DNA from: Propionicimonas sp.
GTDB lineage: Bacteria; Actinomycetota; Actinomycetes; Propionibacteriales; Propionibacteriaceae
Direction of reading: 5' to 3'
Length of the DNA stretch: 64,000 nucleotides
NCBI RefSeq assembly: GCF_049840635.1
Contig: NZ_JASGKL010000004.1
Coordinates: 380,605 to 444,604 of the forward strand
Below, piece after piece: positions 9,882 through 20,015 of this stretch. The notes beneath the pieces were generated by a model. That model saw nothing but the letters and a program-made list of their open reading frames with translations. It did no database searches and was not told the DNA's origin. The position numbers were made by a program, and so were the translations under genes. How positions within the stretch are numbered: position 1 is the stretch's first letter; each line of letters starts with the position of its first letter.

Positions 9882-10649
9882 ATGTTCCGGACGCGAGGTC
9901 GCCCCGCGATGGCCGTGCTGGCCGCCGCCGCGGCGCTCCTGCTCACCGGTTGCGACACCTCGGGCAGCATCGAGGTGGTCTCCGCCGACGAGTTGAAGGT
10001 CGACCTCGTGTTCACCGACCTGGACGCGACCGGGTGCACGCCCGTGGACAACAGCACCGTGCACGTGACCGCGACCCCCGTCTCTGCAGACGGCACGGTC
10101 TCCTGCCATGTCCAGGGCTCGGTGCAGTTGTCCGCACTCGAGGATGCGATGCGGTTCACCACGATCGGTGACTACACGGTCCTCACCTCCGACTTCAGCG
10201 GGATCGACACCGCGGACAGCAATCTCGACCTCGAGGTGATCGTGCCCGGCGAGGTGGTCGCGGCCACCCGTGGCGTGGTCTCCCACAACTCCGTCCACTA
10301 CACAGGGTCGCTCGCCACGCTCGCCCAGGACCCGCTCACGATCGTCTCGACCACGCGCCAGCAGCCGCCCCCCGCGCTCTTCGCCGGTGGTGGAGCCCTC
10401 CTCGGGGTGGCCCTCACCCTGTTCGTGCTCGCGCTCCGGCGCCGCGCGACCGCGACCTCGGGCGGCGAGGCGGACGCACCGTCCGAGCCGGTCGTCGAGC
10501 CCGTCGAGGGGCAGCCGTCGGACGCGGCGGACGGCCTCGGGGCCGACCCGGACGAGCAGGCCGGTGAGCCCTCGCCGCCGCCCGACCACTCGATCTGGGC
10601 GCCCCCGGAGGACGAGGGCATCGGACGCGACGGGACCGACCACGCCTGA
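9882..10649 (+). CDS. Putative lipoprotein, tandem paralogue of 9001..9813
   Basis: Lipobox LLTGC, CHVQG motif, [17 protein letters not shown], tail with [10 protein letters not shown]. Confidence 0.65.
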   Translation: MFRTRGRPAMAVLAAAAALLLTGCDTSGSIEVVSADELKVDLVFTDLDATGCTPVDNSTVHVTATPVSADGTVSCHVQGSVQLSALEDAMRFTTIGDYTVLTSDFSGIDTADSNLDLEVIVPGEVVAATRGVVSHNSVHYTGSLATLAQDPLTIVSTTRQQPPPALFAGGGALLGVALTLFVLALRRRATATSGGEADAPSEPVVEPVEGQPSDAADGLGADPDEQAGEPSPPPDHSIWAPPEDEGIGRDGTDHA

Positions 10650-10759
10650 GTCGGGCCCGCGCCGCCCGGACGGCAACCCCGGCCGGCCACGCAGGGCCGA
10701 TAGGATGTCAGCCTGAGCCGTCCTCCACCTGGCGGCCCGTCCGATCCGGAAAGTTCCTC

Positions 10760-12257
10760 GTGGCCATCCCTTCCTTCATCGACCGCACGGTGCTCACCGT
10801 GGCCGCCGGCAACGGCGGGCACGGCTGCGCGTCCATCCGGCGGGAGAAGTTCAAGCCGCTCGGCGGCCCCGACGGGGGCAACGGCGGCAACGGGGGCTCG
10901 GTCATCCTGCGCGTCGACCCGGGCCTGACCACGCTCGTCGAGTTCCACCGCCAGTCGGTGCGCAGGGCCTCCAACGGCCAGCCCGGACGCGGCGACTTCG
11001 CCAACGGTGCGAACGGTGAGGACATCATCCTGGCCGTGCCCGACGGCACGGTGGTCCACGACGGTGACTCCGGCGTGGTCCTCGCCGACCTCGTCGGGCC
11101 GGACGCCGAGGTCGTGATCGCCCACGGCGGCCGCGGCGGCCTCGGCAACGCGGCGCTCGCGTCCTCGGCCCGCAAGGCGCCCGGCTTCGCTCTGCTCGGC
11201 GAGGACGGAGAGTCCCGGCAGATCACCTTGGAGCTGAAGGTGGTCGCCGACATCGGCCTGGTCGGCTTCCCGAGCGCCGGCAAGTCGTCCCTGATCGCCG
11301 CCATCTCGCGCGCGCGTCCGAAGATCGCCGACTACCCGTTCACCACCCTCGTCCCGAACCTGGGCGTGGTGGTGGCCGGAGCGACCACCTTCACCGTCGC
11401 GGACGTCCCGGGCCTGATCGAGGGCGCGAGCGAGGGCCGCGGCCTCGGCCACGACTTCCTGCGCCACATCGAGCGGTGCCAGGCGATCGTCCACGTCATC
11501 GACTGCGCGACCTACGAGCCCGGACGCGACCCGCTCACCGACCTCGACGTGATCGAGGCCGAACTCGCCGCCCACGGCGGCCTGGAGGACCGGCCGCGGA
11601 TGGTGGTCCTGAACAAGGTCGACATTCCGGACGCGGCCGAGCTCGCCGCGATCGTGACCGACGACGTGAAGGCCCGCGGCCTGCCCGTCTTCGCCGTCTC
11701 CACCAAGACCGGCGTCGGCCTGCAGGCGCTCACCTTCGCGATGGCCGAACTCGTCGCCGAGCGCCGCAGCCGCGACGCCGCCGTGCCGCCGAAGCGGATC
11801 GTGATCCGTCCCGAACCGGTGGCGGGTGGTCCGGAGTTCACGATTCTCGCGGCAGGGCGACGGTGAGGGCGGCTTCGTCTGGCGGGTGCGCGGCGAGAAG
11901 CCGGAACGCTGGGTCAGGCAGACCGACTTCAACAACGCCGAGGCCGTCGGCTACCTCGCCGACCGGTTCGCCCGCCTCGGCATCGAGGAGGAGCTGCTCG
12001 CGTTGGGGGCGCTCGCCGGCGACGCGGTGGCGATCGGCGGGGAGAACCCGGTCGTGTTCGACTTCGCCCCGCAGATCGAGGTCGGCGCCGAGATCCTGTC
12101 CCGGCGCGGCGAGGACCAGCGGCTGGCCACCGAGCGCCCGGCCGCCCGTCGCCGGCGCGCGATGGACGCCGAGTACCACGCGGCGAAGGCCGCGGAGCGC
12201 GAGGCGGAGCAGCACACGCGACTGGCGGCCGAAGGGCTGGACGACGACGATGAGTGA
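10760..12257 (+). CDS. obgE: GTPase ObgE; split by a +1 frameshift at 11844-11845
   Basis: [43 protein letters not shown]; removing one T joins the C-terminal domain ([21 protein letters not shown]). Confidence 0.93.
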
Positions 12258-13407
12258 GGCCGGCGCGTCCGCGGCCGCCCCGGCCCGGACGGAGATCACG
12301 GGCGCCCACAGGCTGGTGGTGAAGGTCGGTTCGTCCTCGCTCACCGACGCCAGCGGCGCGCTCGACATCGCCCGCATGGAGGTCCTCGTCGACGCGCTGG
12401 CGGCCGCCCGGGGCCGCGGCCAGGACGTCGTGCTGGTCTCCTCGGGGGCGATGGCCTCGGGGATGGGCCCGCTGCGAATGAAGCATCGGCCGCGGGACCT
12501 CGCGAGCAAACAGGCCGCGGCGTCGGTGGGCCAGGGCCTGCTGCTCGGCCGGTACGGGTCGCTGTTCGCCCGGCACGACCTCACGGTCGGCCAGGTGCTG
12601 CTCACCGTCGAGGACGTGACCCGGCAGGACCACTACCGCAACGCGCTGCGCACCTTCACCCGGCTGATCGAGCTCGGCGTGGTGCCGATCGTGAACGAGA
12701 ACGACACCGTCGCCACCCACGAGATCCGGTTCGGCGACAACGACCGGCTGGCCGCGCTGGTCGCCCACCTGGTCGGGGCGGATGCGCTCGTCCTGCTCAG
12801 TGACGTGGACGCTCTCTACACCGAGCACCCGTCGCACCCGGAAGCCCGGCCGATCCCGCTCGTCCCCGACATCGAGGAACTGGTCGTCGACACGTCGGGA
12901 CGCGGCGCGGAGGTCGGCACGGGCGGCATGGAGACGAAGCTCCAGGCGGCCCGGATCGCTGCCGCCTCCGGCATCCCGGTCGTCCTGGCCGCGGCCGAGC
13001 GGGTGGCGGACGCCCTCGCCGGGGCAGAGGTCGGGACGCTGTTCCAGGCCACCGGGAAGCGCCGCGCCCGCAAGCTGATGTGGCTGGCCTACGCGTCGGT
13101 GTCCCAGGGTGAGCTCGTGCTGGACGCGGGCGCGGTGAGGGCGGTCACCGAACGGAAGGCGTCGCTCCTCCCCGCCGGGATCATCGAGGTCCGCGGCACG
13201 TTCCGGGCCGGCGACCCGGTCCGGCTGGTCAGCGAGGCGGGCGCCGTGGTCGCCCGCGGCCTGGTCGGCTACGACTCCGCCGACCTGCCCGGCATCATCG
13301 GACGCAGCACCCGCGACCTCGTCGCCGAGCGCGGCGCGGGCTTCGACCGCGAGGTCGTGCACCGCGACGACATGGCCGTCCGGGCGCGCAGGAGGAAGCC
13401 GTCGTGA
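12250..13407 (+). CDS. proB: Glutamate 5-kinase with PUA domain
   Basis: [39 protein letters not shown] domain. Confidence 0.96.
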   Translation: MSEAGASAAAPARTEITGAHRLVVKVGSSSLTDASGALDIARMEVLVDALAAARGRGQDVVLVSSGAMASGMGPLRMKHRPRDLASKQAAASVGQGLLLGRYGSLFARHDLTVGQVLLTVEDVTRQDHYRNALRTFTRLIELGVVPIVNENDTVATHEIRFGDNDRLAALVAHLVGADALVLLSDVDALYTEHPSHPEARPIPLVPDIEELVVDTSGRGAEVGTGGMETKLQAARIAAASGIPVVLAAAERVADALAGAEVGTLFQATGKRRARKLMWLAYASVSQGELVLDAGAVRAVTERKASLLPAGIIEVRGTFRAGDPVRLVSEAGAVVARGLVGYDSADLPGIIGRSTRDLVAERGAGFDREVVHRDDMAVRARRRKPS

Positions 13408-14066
13408 CCCCGGTGGAGATCCTCGGCTGGGTGGCAGCGCTGGTCGGCACCGTGCTCGGTCTGCCGCAGCTGATCCGGCTGGCGCGCACCCGCAGCACCG
13501 CGGGGCTGTCGCTGTTCGGCTGGCAGGCGATCCTCGTGCTCAACCTGATCTGGGCGATCCACGGGATCAAGATCGGCCAGGCGAACATGATCGTGACGAA
13601 CCTCGGTGGGCTCGTCACGACGTCGATCGTGCTCTACCTGTTCACGAAGGACCTGGGCCGGCGGCTGTTCCCGGTTGTGCTGCCGAGCCTGCTGGCCGTC
13701 GTCGTGCTGGTGGCGATCGACCTGGGCCTGGGCAGCACCGCCTTCGGCGTGGCGTCCCTGGTGCCGGCGATCCTCGCCAACGCCGGCCAGATCATCGAGG
13801 TCGTCCGCTCGCCGTCGGTCACCGGGGTGTCGCCGGTCTTCCTCGGGCTCGGGCTGGTCAACCAGTTGCTGTGGCTGAGCTGGGCCGTGCTCCTGAACGA
13901 GGCGTCCTCGAAGATCTCCTCTTTCCTGCTGGTGCTGATGATCGCGTTCAACCTCACCTGGTACCTGCTCCGGCGCGCGGGCCTGCGGGCCTTCTTCGTC
14001 CGTCCGGTCGAGGCGGTCGAGGTCGCCCCGGACCTCGCCGGGCAGGCGGAGTTCACCGGACAGTGA
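13404..14066 (+). CDS. PQ-loop/SemiSWEET-type membrane transporter (two repeats)
   Basis: [18 protein letters not shown], second repeat [17 protein letters not shown], about 6-7 TM segments; GTGA overlap with the proB stop. Confidence 0.7.
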   Translation: MTPVEILGWVAALVGTVLGLPQLIRLARTRSTAGLSLFGWQAILVLNLIWAIHGIKIGQANMIVTNLGGLVTTSIVLYLFTKDLGRRLFPVVLPSLLAVVVLVAIDLGLGSTAFGVASLVPAILANAGQIIEVVRSPSVTGVSPVFLGLGLVNQLLWLSWAVLLNEASSKISSFLLVLMIAFNLTWYLLRRAGLRAFFVRPVEAVEVAPDLAGQAEFTGQ

Positions 14067-14103
14067 ACGTCCGGGTGGGGGTCCGCGCCGTATCCTTGCG
14101 CGC

Positions 14104-15345
14104 ATGACGTTCGCCGATCAGGCCACCGCGGCCCAGGTGGCCAGCCGTGCCCTCGCCGTGCTCCCTCGCGCCCCGAAGGACGCCGCGCTGCACGCGATGG
14201 CCGACGCGCTCGCGGCCGCGTCCGGGCCGGTGCTGGCAGCCAACGCCGACGACGTGGCCGCCGCCCGCGCCGCCGGCACGCAGGAGTGGATGGTCGACCG
14301 GCTCGCGCTGACCCCGTCCCGGGTCGACGGCATGGTGGCGGGGCTGCGGTCTCTGGCCGGGCTGCCCGACCCGGTGGGCGACGTGGTGCGGGGCTGGACG
14401 AACCCGAACGGCGTCCGGGTGCGGCAGGTGCGGGTTCCGCTCGGCGTGGTGGGCATCATCTACGAGGCGCGTCCCAACGTGACCGCCGACGCCGCCGGCA
14501 TCTGCCTGAAGTCCGGCAACGCCGCGCTCCTGCGCGGTTCCTCGTCCGCGCTGGCCTCCAACCGGGCGATCGTCGCCGCGCTGCGGGAGGGTCTGGCCGC
14601 GTCCGGGCTGCCCGAGGACGCCGTGCAGCTCGTCGAGGGCGACCGGAGCGTCACCGGGGAGATGATGGCCGCCCGCGGGCTGGTCGACGTCCTGGTCCCG
14701 CGCGGCGGGGCGGGCCTGATCAACGCGGTGGTGGACGGCTCTAAGGTGCCGGTGATCGAGACCGGGACCGGCAACTGCCACCTGTTCGTGGACGCGTCCG
14801 CCGACATCGACATGGCGCTCGCCATCATGCTGAACGCGAAGGTCCAGCGGCCCAGCGTCTGCAACGCGCTGGAGACGCTGGTCGTCCACGCCGACATCGC
14901 GCCCGCGTTCCTGCCCAGGGCGCTGGCAGCGCTCGCCGGCGCGGGCGTCACCGTCCACGGCACCCCGGAGGTGTGCGCGTACTCGGCGGACGTGGTCGCC
15001 GCCGGCCCGGAAGAGTTCGACGAGGAGTACCTCTCGCTCGACCTGGCCGCCCTGGTGGTCGCATCGCTGGACGAGGCGATCGCGCACATCCGCGTCCACA
15101 GCACCGGGCACTCGGAGACCATCGTCACCTCCGACCGGCGCGCCGCCGACCGCTTCACCGCGGAGGTCGACGCGGCCGCCGTGCTCGTGAACGCGTCCTC
15201 CCGGTTCGTGGACGGCGGCGAGTTCGGCTTCGGTGCGGAGATCGGCATCTCCACCCAGAAGCTGCACGCGCGCGGCCCGATGGCCCTGCCGGAGATGACC
15301 TCGACCAAGTACATCCTGGACGGCGACGGCCAGACGCGCGCCTGA
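14104..15345 (+). CDS. proA: Gamma-glutamyl phosphate reductase
   Basis: [33 protein letters not shown], catalytic [19 protein letters not shown]. Confidence 0.96.
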   Translation: MTFADQATAAQVASRALAVLPRAPKDAALHAMADALAAASGPVLAANADDVAAARAAGTQEWMVDRLALTPSRVDGMVAGLRSLAGLPDPVGDVVRGWTNPNGVRVRQVRVPLGVVGIIYEARPNVTADAAGICLKSGNAALLRGSSSALASNRAIVAALREGLAASGLPEDAVQLVEGDRSVTGEMMAARGLVDVLVPRGGAGLINAVVDGSKVPVIETGTGNCHLFVDASADIDMALAIMLNAKVQRPSVCNALETLVVHADIAPAFLPRALAALAGAGVTVHGTPEVCAYSADVVAAGPEEFDEEYLSLDLAALVVASLDEAIAHIRVHSTGHSETIVTSDRRAADRFTAEVDAAAVLVNASSRFVDGGEFGFGAEIGISTQKLHARGPMALPEMTSTKYILDGDGQTRA

Positions 15346-15416
15346 CCGGCCGCCCCCGGAGCCGGCGCGGCCGCGGGGGAGGCAGGCGGCGGCCCCGCCC
15401 GTGTAGGATCCGCGAC

Positions 15417-15551
15417 ATGCAGACGCTCCTCGAGGCCGCCGTCTACGACGTGACGCTGCCGGTCGTGGTCGGACTGGTCGCCTTCGGCATCCTGCTGACC
15501 GGGCTCGGTTACGTCCGCCAGATCGGCAAGGGACGGCCGCACGCCAAATGA
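15417..15551 (+). CDS. Small (44 aa) single-TM protein
   Basis: [44 protein letters not shown]; hydrophobic core; ATGA overlap with the nadD start. Confidence 0.6.
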   Translation: MQTLLEAAVYDVTLPVVVGLVAFGILLTGLGYVRQIGKGRPHAK

Positions 15552-16195
15552 GCGAGACCCCGATCGCCTGGGACCGCACGGGCTCCCGGCGACTCCGCCT
15601 CGGCGTGATGGGCGGAACGTTCGACCCGATCCACCACGGCCACCTGGTGGCTGCGAGCGAGGTGCAGGCCCGCTTCGCCCTCGACGAGGTGGTGTTCGTG
15701 CCGACCGGGGAGCCGTGGCAGAAGGCGGGCAAGCAGGTCTCCCAGGCCGAGGACCGGTACCTGATGACGACGATCGCGACCGCGTCGAACCCGCGGTTCT
15801 CGGTCAGCCGCGTCGACATCGAGCGTCCGGGGCCCACCTACACCGTCGACACCCTGCGGGACATCCGCAAGGTCCGGCCCGGGCCGATGGACCTGTTCTT
15901 CATCACCGGCGCGGACGCGCTGAGCAAGATCCTGACGTGGAAGGGCGTGGACGAGTTGTTCGACCTCGCCCAGTTCGTCGGGGTGTCGCGCCCCGGCGTC
16001 CCGCTGGGGGAGAGCGACATCCGGCACCTGCCCGAGGACAAGGTCACCCTGCTCGAGGTGCCGGCCCTCTCGATCTCGTCCACGGCCTGCCGCGACCGCG
16101 TCGCCCAGGGCCTGCCGCTGTGGTACCTGGTGCCCGACGGCATCGTCCAGTACATCGCCAAGCGCGGGTTGTACCGCGTGAGAGGAGACTCGTGA
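15548..16195 (+). CDS. nadD: Nicotinate-nucleotide adenylyltransferase
   Basis: [34 protein letters not shown]. Confidence 0.96.
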   Translation: MSETPIAWDRTGSRRLRLGVMGGTFDPIHHGHLVAASEVQARFALDEVVFVPTGEPWQKAGKQVSQAEDRYLMTTIATASNPRFSVSRVDIERPGPTYTVDTLRDIRKVRPGPMDLFFITGADALSKILTWKGVDELFDLAQFVGVSRPGVPLGESDIRHLPEDKVTLLEVPALSISSTACRDRVAQGLPLWYLVPDGIVQYIAKRGLYRVRGDS

Positions 16196-16569
16196 CCGCC
16201 ACCGAACACGCCCTGGAGATCGCCCGCACCGCGGCCAGGGCCGCCGTGGGGAAGCTCGCCAAGGACCCGGTGGCGTTCGACGTCTCCGACCGGCTCGCGA
16301 TCACCGACATCTTCCTGATCGTGACCGCGAGCAACGAGCGCCAGGTCGGCGCCGTCGTGGACGCGGTCGAGGAGGCCCTGCTGAAAGAGGGCGTGAAGGC
16401 CGTCCGGCGCGAGGGCGACCGGGAGAACCGGTGGGTGCTGCTGGACTTCCTGGACGCTGTCGTGCACGTCCAGCACGCCGAGGAGCGGGCCCTGTACGCG
16501 CTCGAGCGGCTCTGGAAGGACTGCCCCCGGCTCGACCTCGGCCCGCTCGAGGAGCCCGTCGCCGAATGA
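16192..16569 (+). CDS. rsfS: Ribosome silencing factor
   Basis: [31 protein letters not shown]; nadD-rsfS synteny. Confidence 0.93.
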   Translation: MTATEHALEIARTAARAAVGKLAKDPVAFDVSDRLAITDIFLIVTASNERQVGAVVDAVEEALLKEGVKAVRREGDRENRWVLLDFLDAVVHVQHAEERALYALERLWKDCPRLDLGPLEEPVAE

Positions 16570-17177
16570 CCGCCGCACGGGTCGTCCTGCTCCGGCACGG
16601 GGTGACCGACTGGAACGACGGCGGGCGGTTCCAGGGCCACGCCGACGTCCCGCTCAACGAGGAGGGCCGCGCCCAGGCCGCGGCCGCGGCGGAGCGCCTG
16701 GTCGGTGCGGGGATCACGCGCGTCTTCGCTTCCGACCTGAGCAGGGCGAACGAGACGGCCCGGATCGTGGCCGCGCGCTGCGGTCTCGCGGTCGACGCCG
16801 ACCCGCGCCTTCGCGAGGTCAACGTCGGCTCCTGGTCAGGCCTCACGATGGACGAGGTGGGTCGCATCGAGCCGGACTTCTGGCCGGCCCTGCAGGAGGG
16901 GCGCGACTTCCGCCGCTCGCCGGAGGGCGAGTCGGCCACCGAAGCGGGTCGACGCGTCGCGCTGGCGGTGATGGACCACGCCGAGGCGGCGGCCGACGAC
17001 GAGGTGGTGCTGGCCGTGGGCCACGGCCTGTCCCTGCGCGTGGGCGCCCTGCTGCTGATGGGCCTCGAGTACTCGCACGCCCGACTGTTCCGCGGCCTGT
17101 CCAACTGCCACTGGACGGTACTGGAGCCCGGCGACGAGTACTGGCGGCTGCGAACCTACAACGCGGGCGCCGAGTGA
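16566..17177 (+). CDS. Histidine phosphatase family protein
   Basis: LRHGVTDWN, SDLSRA, LREVNVGSW, VGHG. Confidence 0.9.
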   Translation: MTAARVVLLRHGVTDWNDGGRFQGHADVPLNEEGRAQAAAAAERLVGAGITRVFASDLSRANETARIVAARCGLAVDADPRLREVNVGSWSGLTMDEVGRIEPDFWPALQEGRDFRRSPEGESATEAGRRVALAVMDHAEAAADDEVVLAVGHGLSLRVGALLLMGLEYSHARLFRGLSNCHWTVLEPGDEYWRLRTYNAGAE

Positions 17178-17181
17178 CGGA

Positions 17182-18456
17182 TCAGGTGAACAGCATCCGG
17201 GTGTAGCCGGTCACCTTCACCGTCAGGGACACGCTCCTCGTCGTGAAGATGCGCAGCTTCCTGTCCTTGCCGAGAGGAGCTTTCACCGTGACCGTGGCGG
17301 TGCCCTTCGGCAGCGGGGTGGTCACGGAGCTGGCCAGCGGCGAGGAGCTCGCGCCGACCGAGAGGGTGCCCTTGCCCGTGCCGCCCTTCACCGTGATCGC
17401 GAGCGTGACGTCTTGCAGGCCGGGCAGGGCGGTGGCCGGCACGGCGCTGGTCCCGACGGTCCGGTACTGCTTGCGGTTGGCCGTGAAGGCGCCGGAGCGG
17501 ATTGTGACGGCCTTCGCGAGCTTCGTCGCGGTCGGTGCGGGGGTCGGATCGAGGTCGATCTCCCCGTCGACCAGTTGCTGCTGGGTGACCGTCGGCACGT
17601 CGCTGCTCAGGAGTTGCCGCTGTCCGCCGTAGTGGATCGAGAACGCGCGCTGCTGGTCGGTCTCCACCTGCCAGGGGGTGGAGTCCATCCCCTTCGCCTT
17701 CACGTACTCGGCCAGGGCCACGGTGGTGTACGCCATCCGGAGCCCGAACGCGTCGGCGCCGAGGTCCGCCGCCTTGCGGACTCGCCCGTAGTCGACAACG
17801 GAGAGGTCGAGCGCGAGGACGTAGCTGTCCGGGGCGAGGGACCGGATCGTCGGGAGGGTCGTGTCCCAGAAGAAGGTCAGGAACGACGTCTGGGCCAGCA
17901 GGCCGTGGTCCTTCACCAGCCCGATCGCCTTCGTGGTCCACGCGCGACGTCCCTTGGCCGACTGGCCGGCGTAGCTCTTGACCTCCAGCATGAGTTCGAC
18001 CTCGGGATGCCCGTCGAGGATGTCGGCCAGCTCGTCGAAGGTCGGGATCGGCACCACCTTGTCGCCGGCGAGGTTCGCGCAGCGGACCTCCTGCACCTCC
18101 GCGAGCGTCATGGTGTGGATCGCACGCCCCGTCGACGTGCACCGGGACGGGAGCGTCTCGTTGTGGCTCATCACGCCGTGGCCGTCCTTGGTGAACACGA
18201 TGTCGGTCTCGATGGCGTCCACCCCGGCCGCGACGCTGCGGGTGTAGGCCTCCGCCGAGTTCTGCGGCCACTCCGCCCCGCCGGCGCGATGAGCCAGGAC
18301 GCCGAAGGTGACACCTGCGGCGTTGGTGATCGGCTTCCCGTCGTTGCCGAGGGTGGTCGCGGGGCTCGTGGTGGCGGTCGCCACCGCGAGCAGTGTCGCC
18401 ACGAGCATGGCCAGCGTCGCACGCATCGGGCGCAGTCGGGAGGTGGTCGGGGGCAT
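17182..18456 (-). CDS. Secreted glycerophosphodiester phosphodiesterase-family protein with C-terminal beta-sandwich domain
   Basis: Signal peptide, AHRAGGAEWPQNS, IETDIVFTKDG, SHNETL, IPTFDEL, LEVKS. Confidence 0.8.
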   Translation of the reverse strand: MPPTTSRLRPMRATLAMLVATLLAVATATTSPATTLGNDGKPITNAAGVTFGVLAHRAGGAEWPQNSAEAYTRSVAAGVDAIETDIVFTKDGHGVMSHNETLPSRCTSTGRAIHTMTLAEVQEVRCANLAGDKVVPIPTFDELADILDGHPEVELMLEVKSYAGQSAKGRRAWTTKAIGLVKDHGLLAQTSFLTFFWDTTLPTIRSLAPDSYVLALDLSVVDYGRVRKAADLGADAFGLRMAYTTVALAEYVKAKGMDSTPWQVETDQQRAFSIHYGGQRQLLSSDVPTVTQQQLVDGEIDLDPTPAPTATKLAKAVTIRSGAFTANRKQYRTVGTSAVPATALPGLQDVTLAITVKGGTGKGTLSVGASSSPLASSVTTPLPKGTATVTVKAPLGKDRKLRIFTTRSVSLTVKVTGYTRMLFT

Positions 18457-18565
18457 CCGGCAGACCTTTCTGGGGCTCGCCGGCCCGCGGTGGCGCAGGT
18501 CGAGGAGTTCACGCCACCCTACGTCCCCGCACCGGCCGGCGGCACACGCGGGTCGGGTGTCGCCG

Positions 18566-20005
18566 TCAGGCCACGCCGAGGGCGGGCCCCGGAGTGAAGC
18601 CGGGGAAGACCTGGTCGAGGTTGCTGTTGCCCAGCCGCTTGCTGACGATCTCCGAGAGCGCCTGCCGGTAGTCGGTGGTGATCGGGACGTCACCGTCGGT
18701 GAGGTTGTCCGGGCTGAGGCTCGTCGGCATCGACCCGTACACGGTGCCGCCCTTGATGGAGCCGCCCATCAGGAACATCAGGTTGCCGTGCCCGTGGTCG
18801 CTGCCGCCGTCACCGTTCACCTCCGCGCGGCGGCCGAACTCGCTCATTGTGACCACCGTGACCGAGTTCCACCGGCTGCCGAGGTCGGTCCGGAACGCGG
18901 CCAGGCCCTTCGAGAAGTCGCGGGCGAGGGTGGAGAACGCGCCGTCGGCGTCCCCCGGCCTGCCGATGTTCTGGTGCATGTCCCAGCCGCCGTAGTCGAT
19001 GCAGGCGACCTCCATGCCGAGGTCGGCCTTCGCGAGCCGGGCGATGTCCTTCAGCCCCTTGCCCCAGGTCGTGTCGGGGTAGCTGGCACCGTTGGCCGGC
19101 GCGTAGGCCTGGGAGCGGACGGTGCCGAGGCTCTGCACGGCCGTCAGGGTGGCCTGCGCCTGGGTGGCGAGGACGCCGCCCGCGTCCCCGTAGATCGCAC
19201 CGAGGTCGGTGACGAGCCGGTCCCCGTCGTTCCAGGCCGACTCGAGCGTGAACGAGTCCACGCTCGACATCGCGATCGACTGGTAGGCGTTGGTGGTCAG
19301 CGAGAGCACCACCCGGTCGCCGATGGTGATGCCGCGGAAGGTGCCGGAGGCGGACGAGGAGGACGCGATGTGTCGTCCGATCCAGCCCGAGCGGACGTTC
19401 GCCTTCGCGGCGCGCTCGCACAGGTCCTGGTCCTCGAAGTGGGACCGCTGCACGTCGGGGTGGCCCGAGCCGACGACCACCGCGAGCTGGCCGTCGTTCC
19501 AGATGTCGTTGATGGCGGAGAAGTTGGGGTTCAGCACGTAGTCGGAACTCAGGGCCAGGCCGGTGGAGACCCTCGTGGTGCCGCGCAGGGTGCCGTAATA
19601 GCTGTCGTTGGGCAGCCCGAGCGCGGCCAGGCCGTCGAACCCGCCGCGCAGGAAGATGCAGACGAGCAGGTCCCCGCCGGTACCGGCGGCGAAGGAGTAG
19701 CGCGGCGCGGCGGACGCGGCCAGCAGCCCGCCGAGTCCGATCAGCGACCCGCGGAACAGGCCGCGCCGTCCGAGCCGGGGCCCGGTGGGAACGTGTTCCA
19801 CGGTCGGGTCGTCCACCCGCCGGTTCGGACGCAGGGTGGCGACCAGGTCGTTGGCCTGCCGCGGCGTGACGACGCGGGTCTGCCCGTCGAGGGTGGCGAG
19901 CAGCCGGTTCTGCGACTCGTCGTGGTGGTGCAGCGGGGTGATCAGGTCCTCGTGCAGCAGAGCCTCGCCGCGGCGCAGGGACGGATCCAGGTCTCCGGGG
20001 GCCAT
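18566..20005 (-). CDS. DUF1501 domain protein (Tat-like signal)
   Basis: GRRGLF twin-Arg motif, FLRGGFDGL, RSHFEDQD, GGWDMH, MSEFGRR, NGDGGSDHGHG, TTDYRQ. Confidence 0.88.
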   Translation of the reverse strand: MAPGDLDPSLRRGEALLHEDLITPLHHHDESQNRLLATLDGQTRVVTPRQANDLVATLRPNRRVDDPTVEHVPTGPRLGRRGLFRGSLIGLGGLLAASAAPRYSFAAGTGGDLLVCIFLRGGFDGLAALGLPNDSYYGTLRGTTRVSTGLALSSDYVLNPNFSAINDIWNDGQLAVVVGSGHPDVQRSHFEDQDLCERAAKANVRSGWIGRHIASSSSASGTFRGITIGDRVVLSLTTNAYQSIAMSSVDSFTLESAWNDGDRLVTDLGAIYGDAGGVLATQAQATLTAVQSLGTVRSQAYAPANGASYPDTTWGKGLKDIARLAKADLGMEVACIDYGGWDMHQNIGRPGDADGAFSTLARDFSKGLAAFRTDLGSRWNSVTVVTMSEFGRRAEVNGDGGSDHGHGNLMFLMGGSIKGGTVYGSMPTSLSPDNLTDGDVPITTDYRQALSEIVSKRLGNSNLDQVFPGFTPGPALGVA

Positions 20006-20015
20006 CGGTGTCCTC

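Noticed and set aside
11835-11855. Programmed ribosomal frameshift in obgE, leuS or alkA
   Set aside because: No slippery heptamer or homopolymer run; alkA is on the opposite strand yet shows the same + strand signature, which favours a sequencing error.
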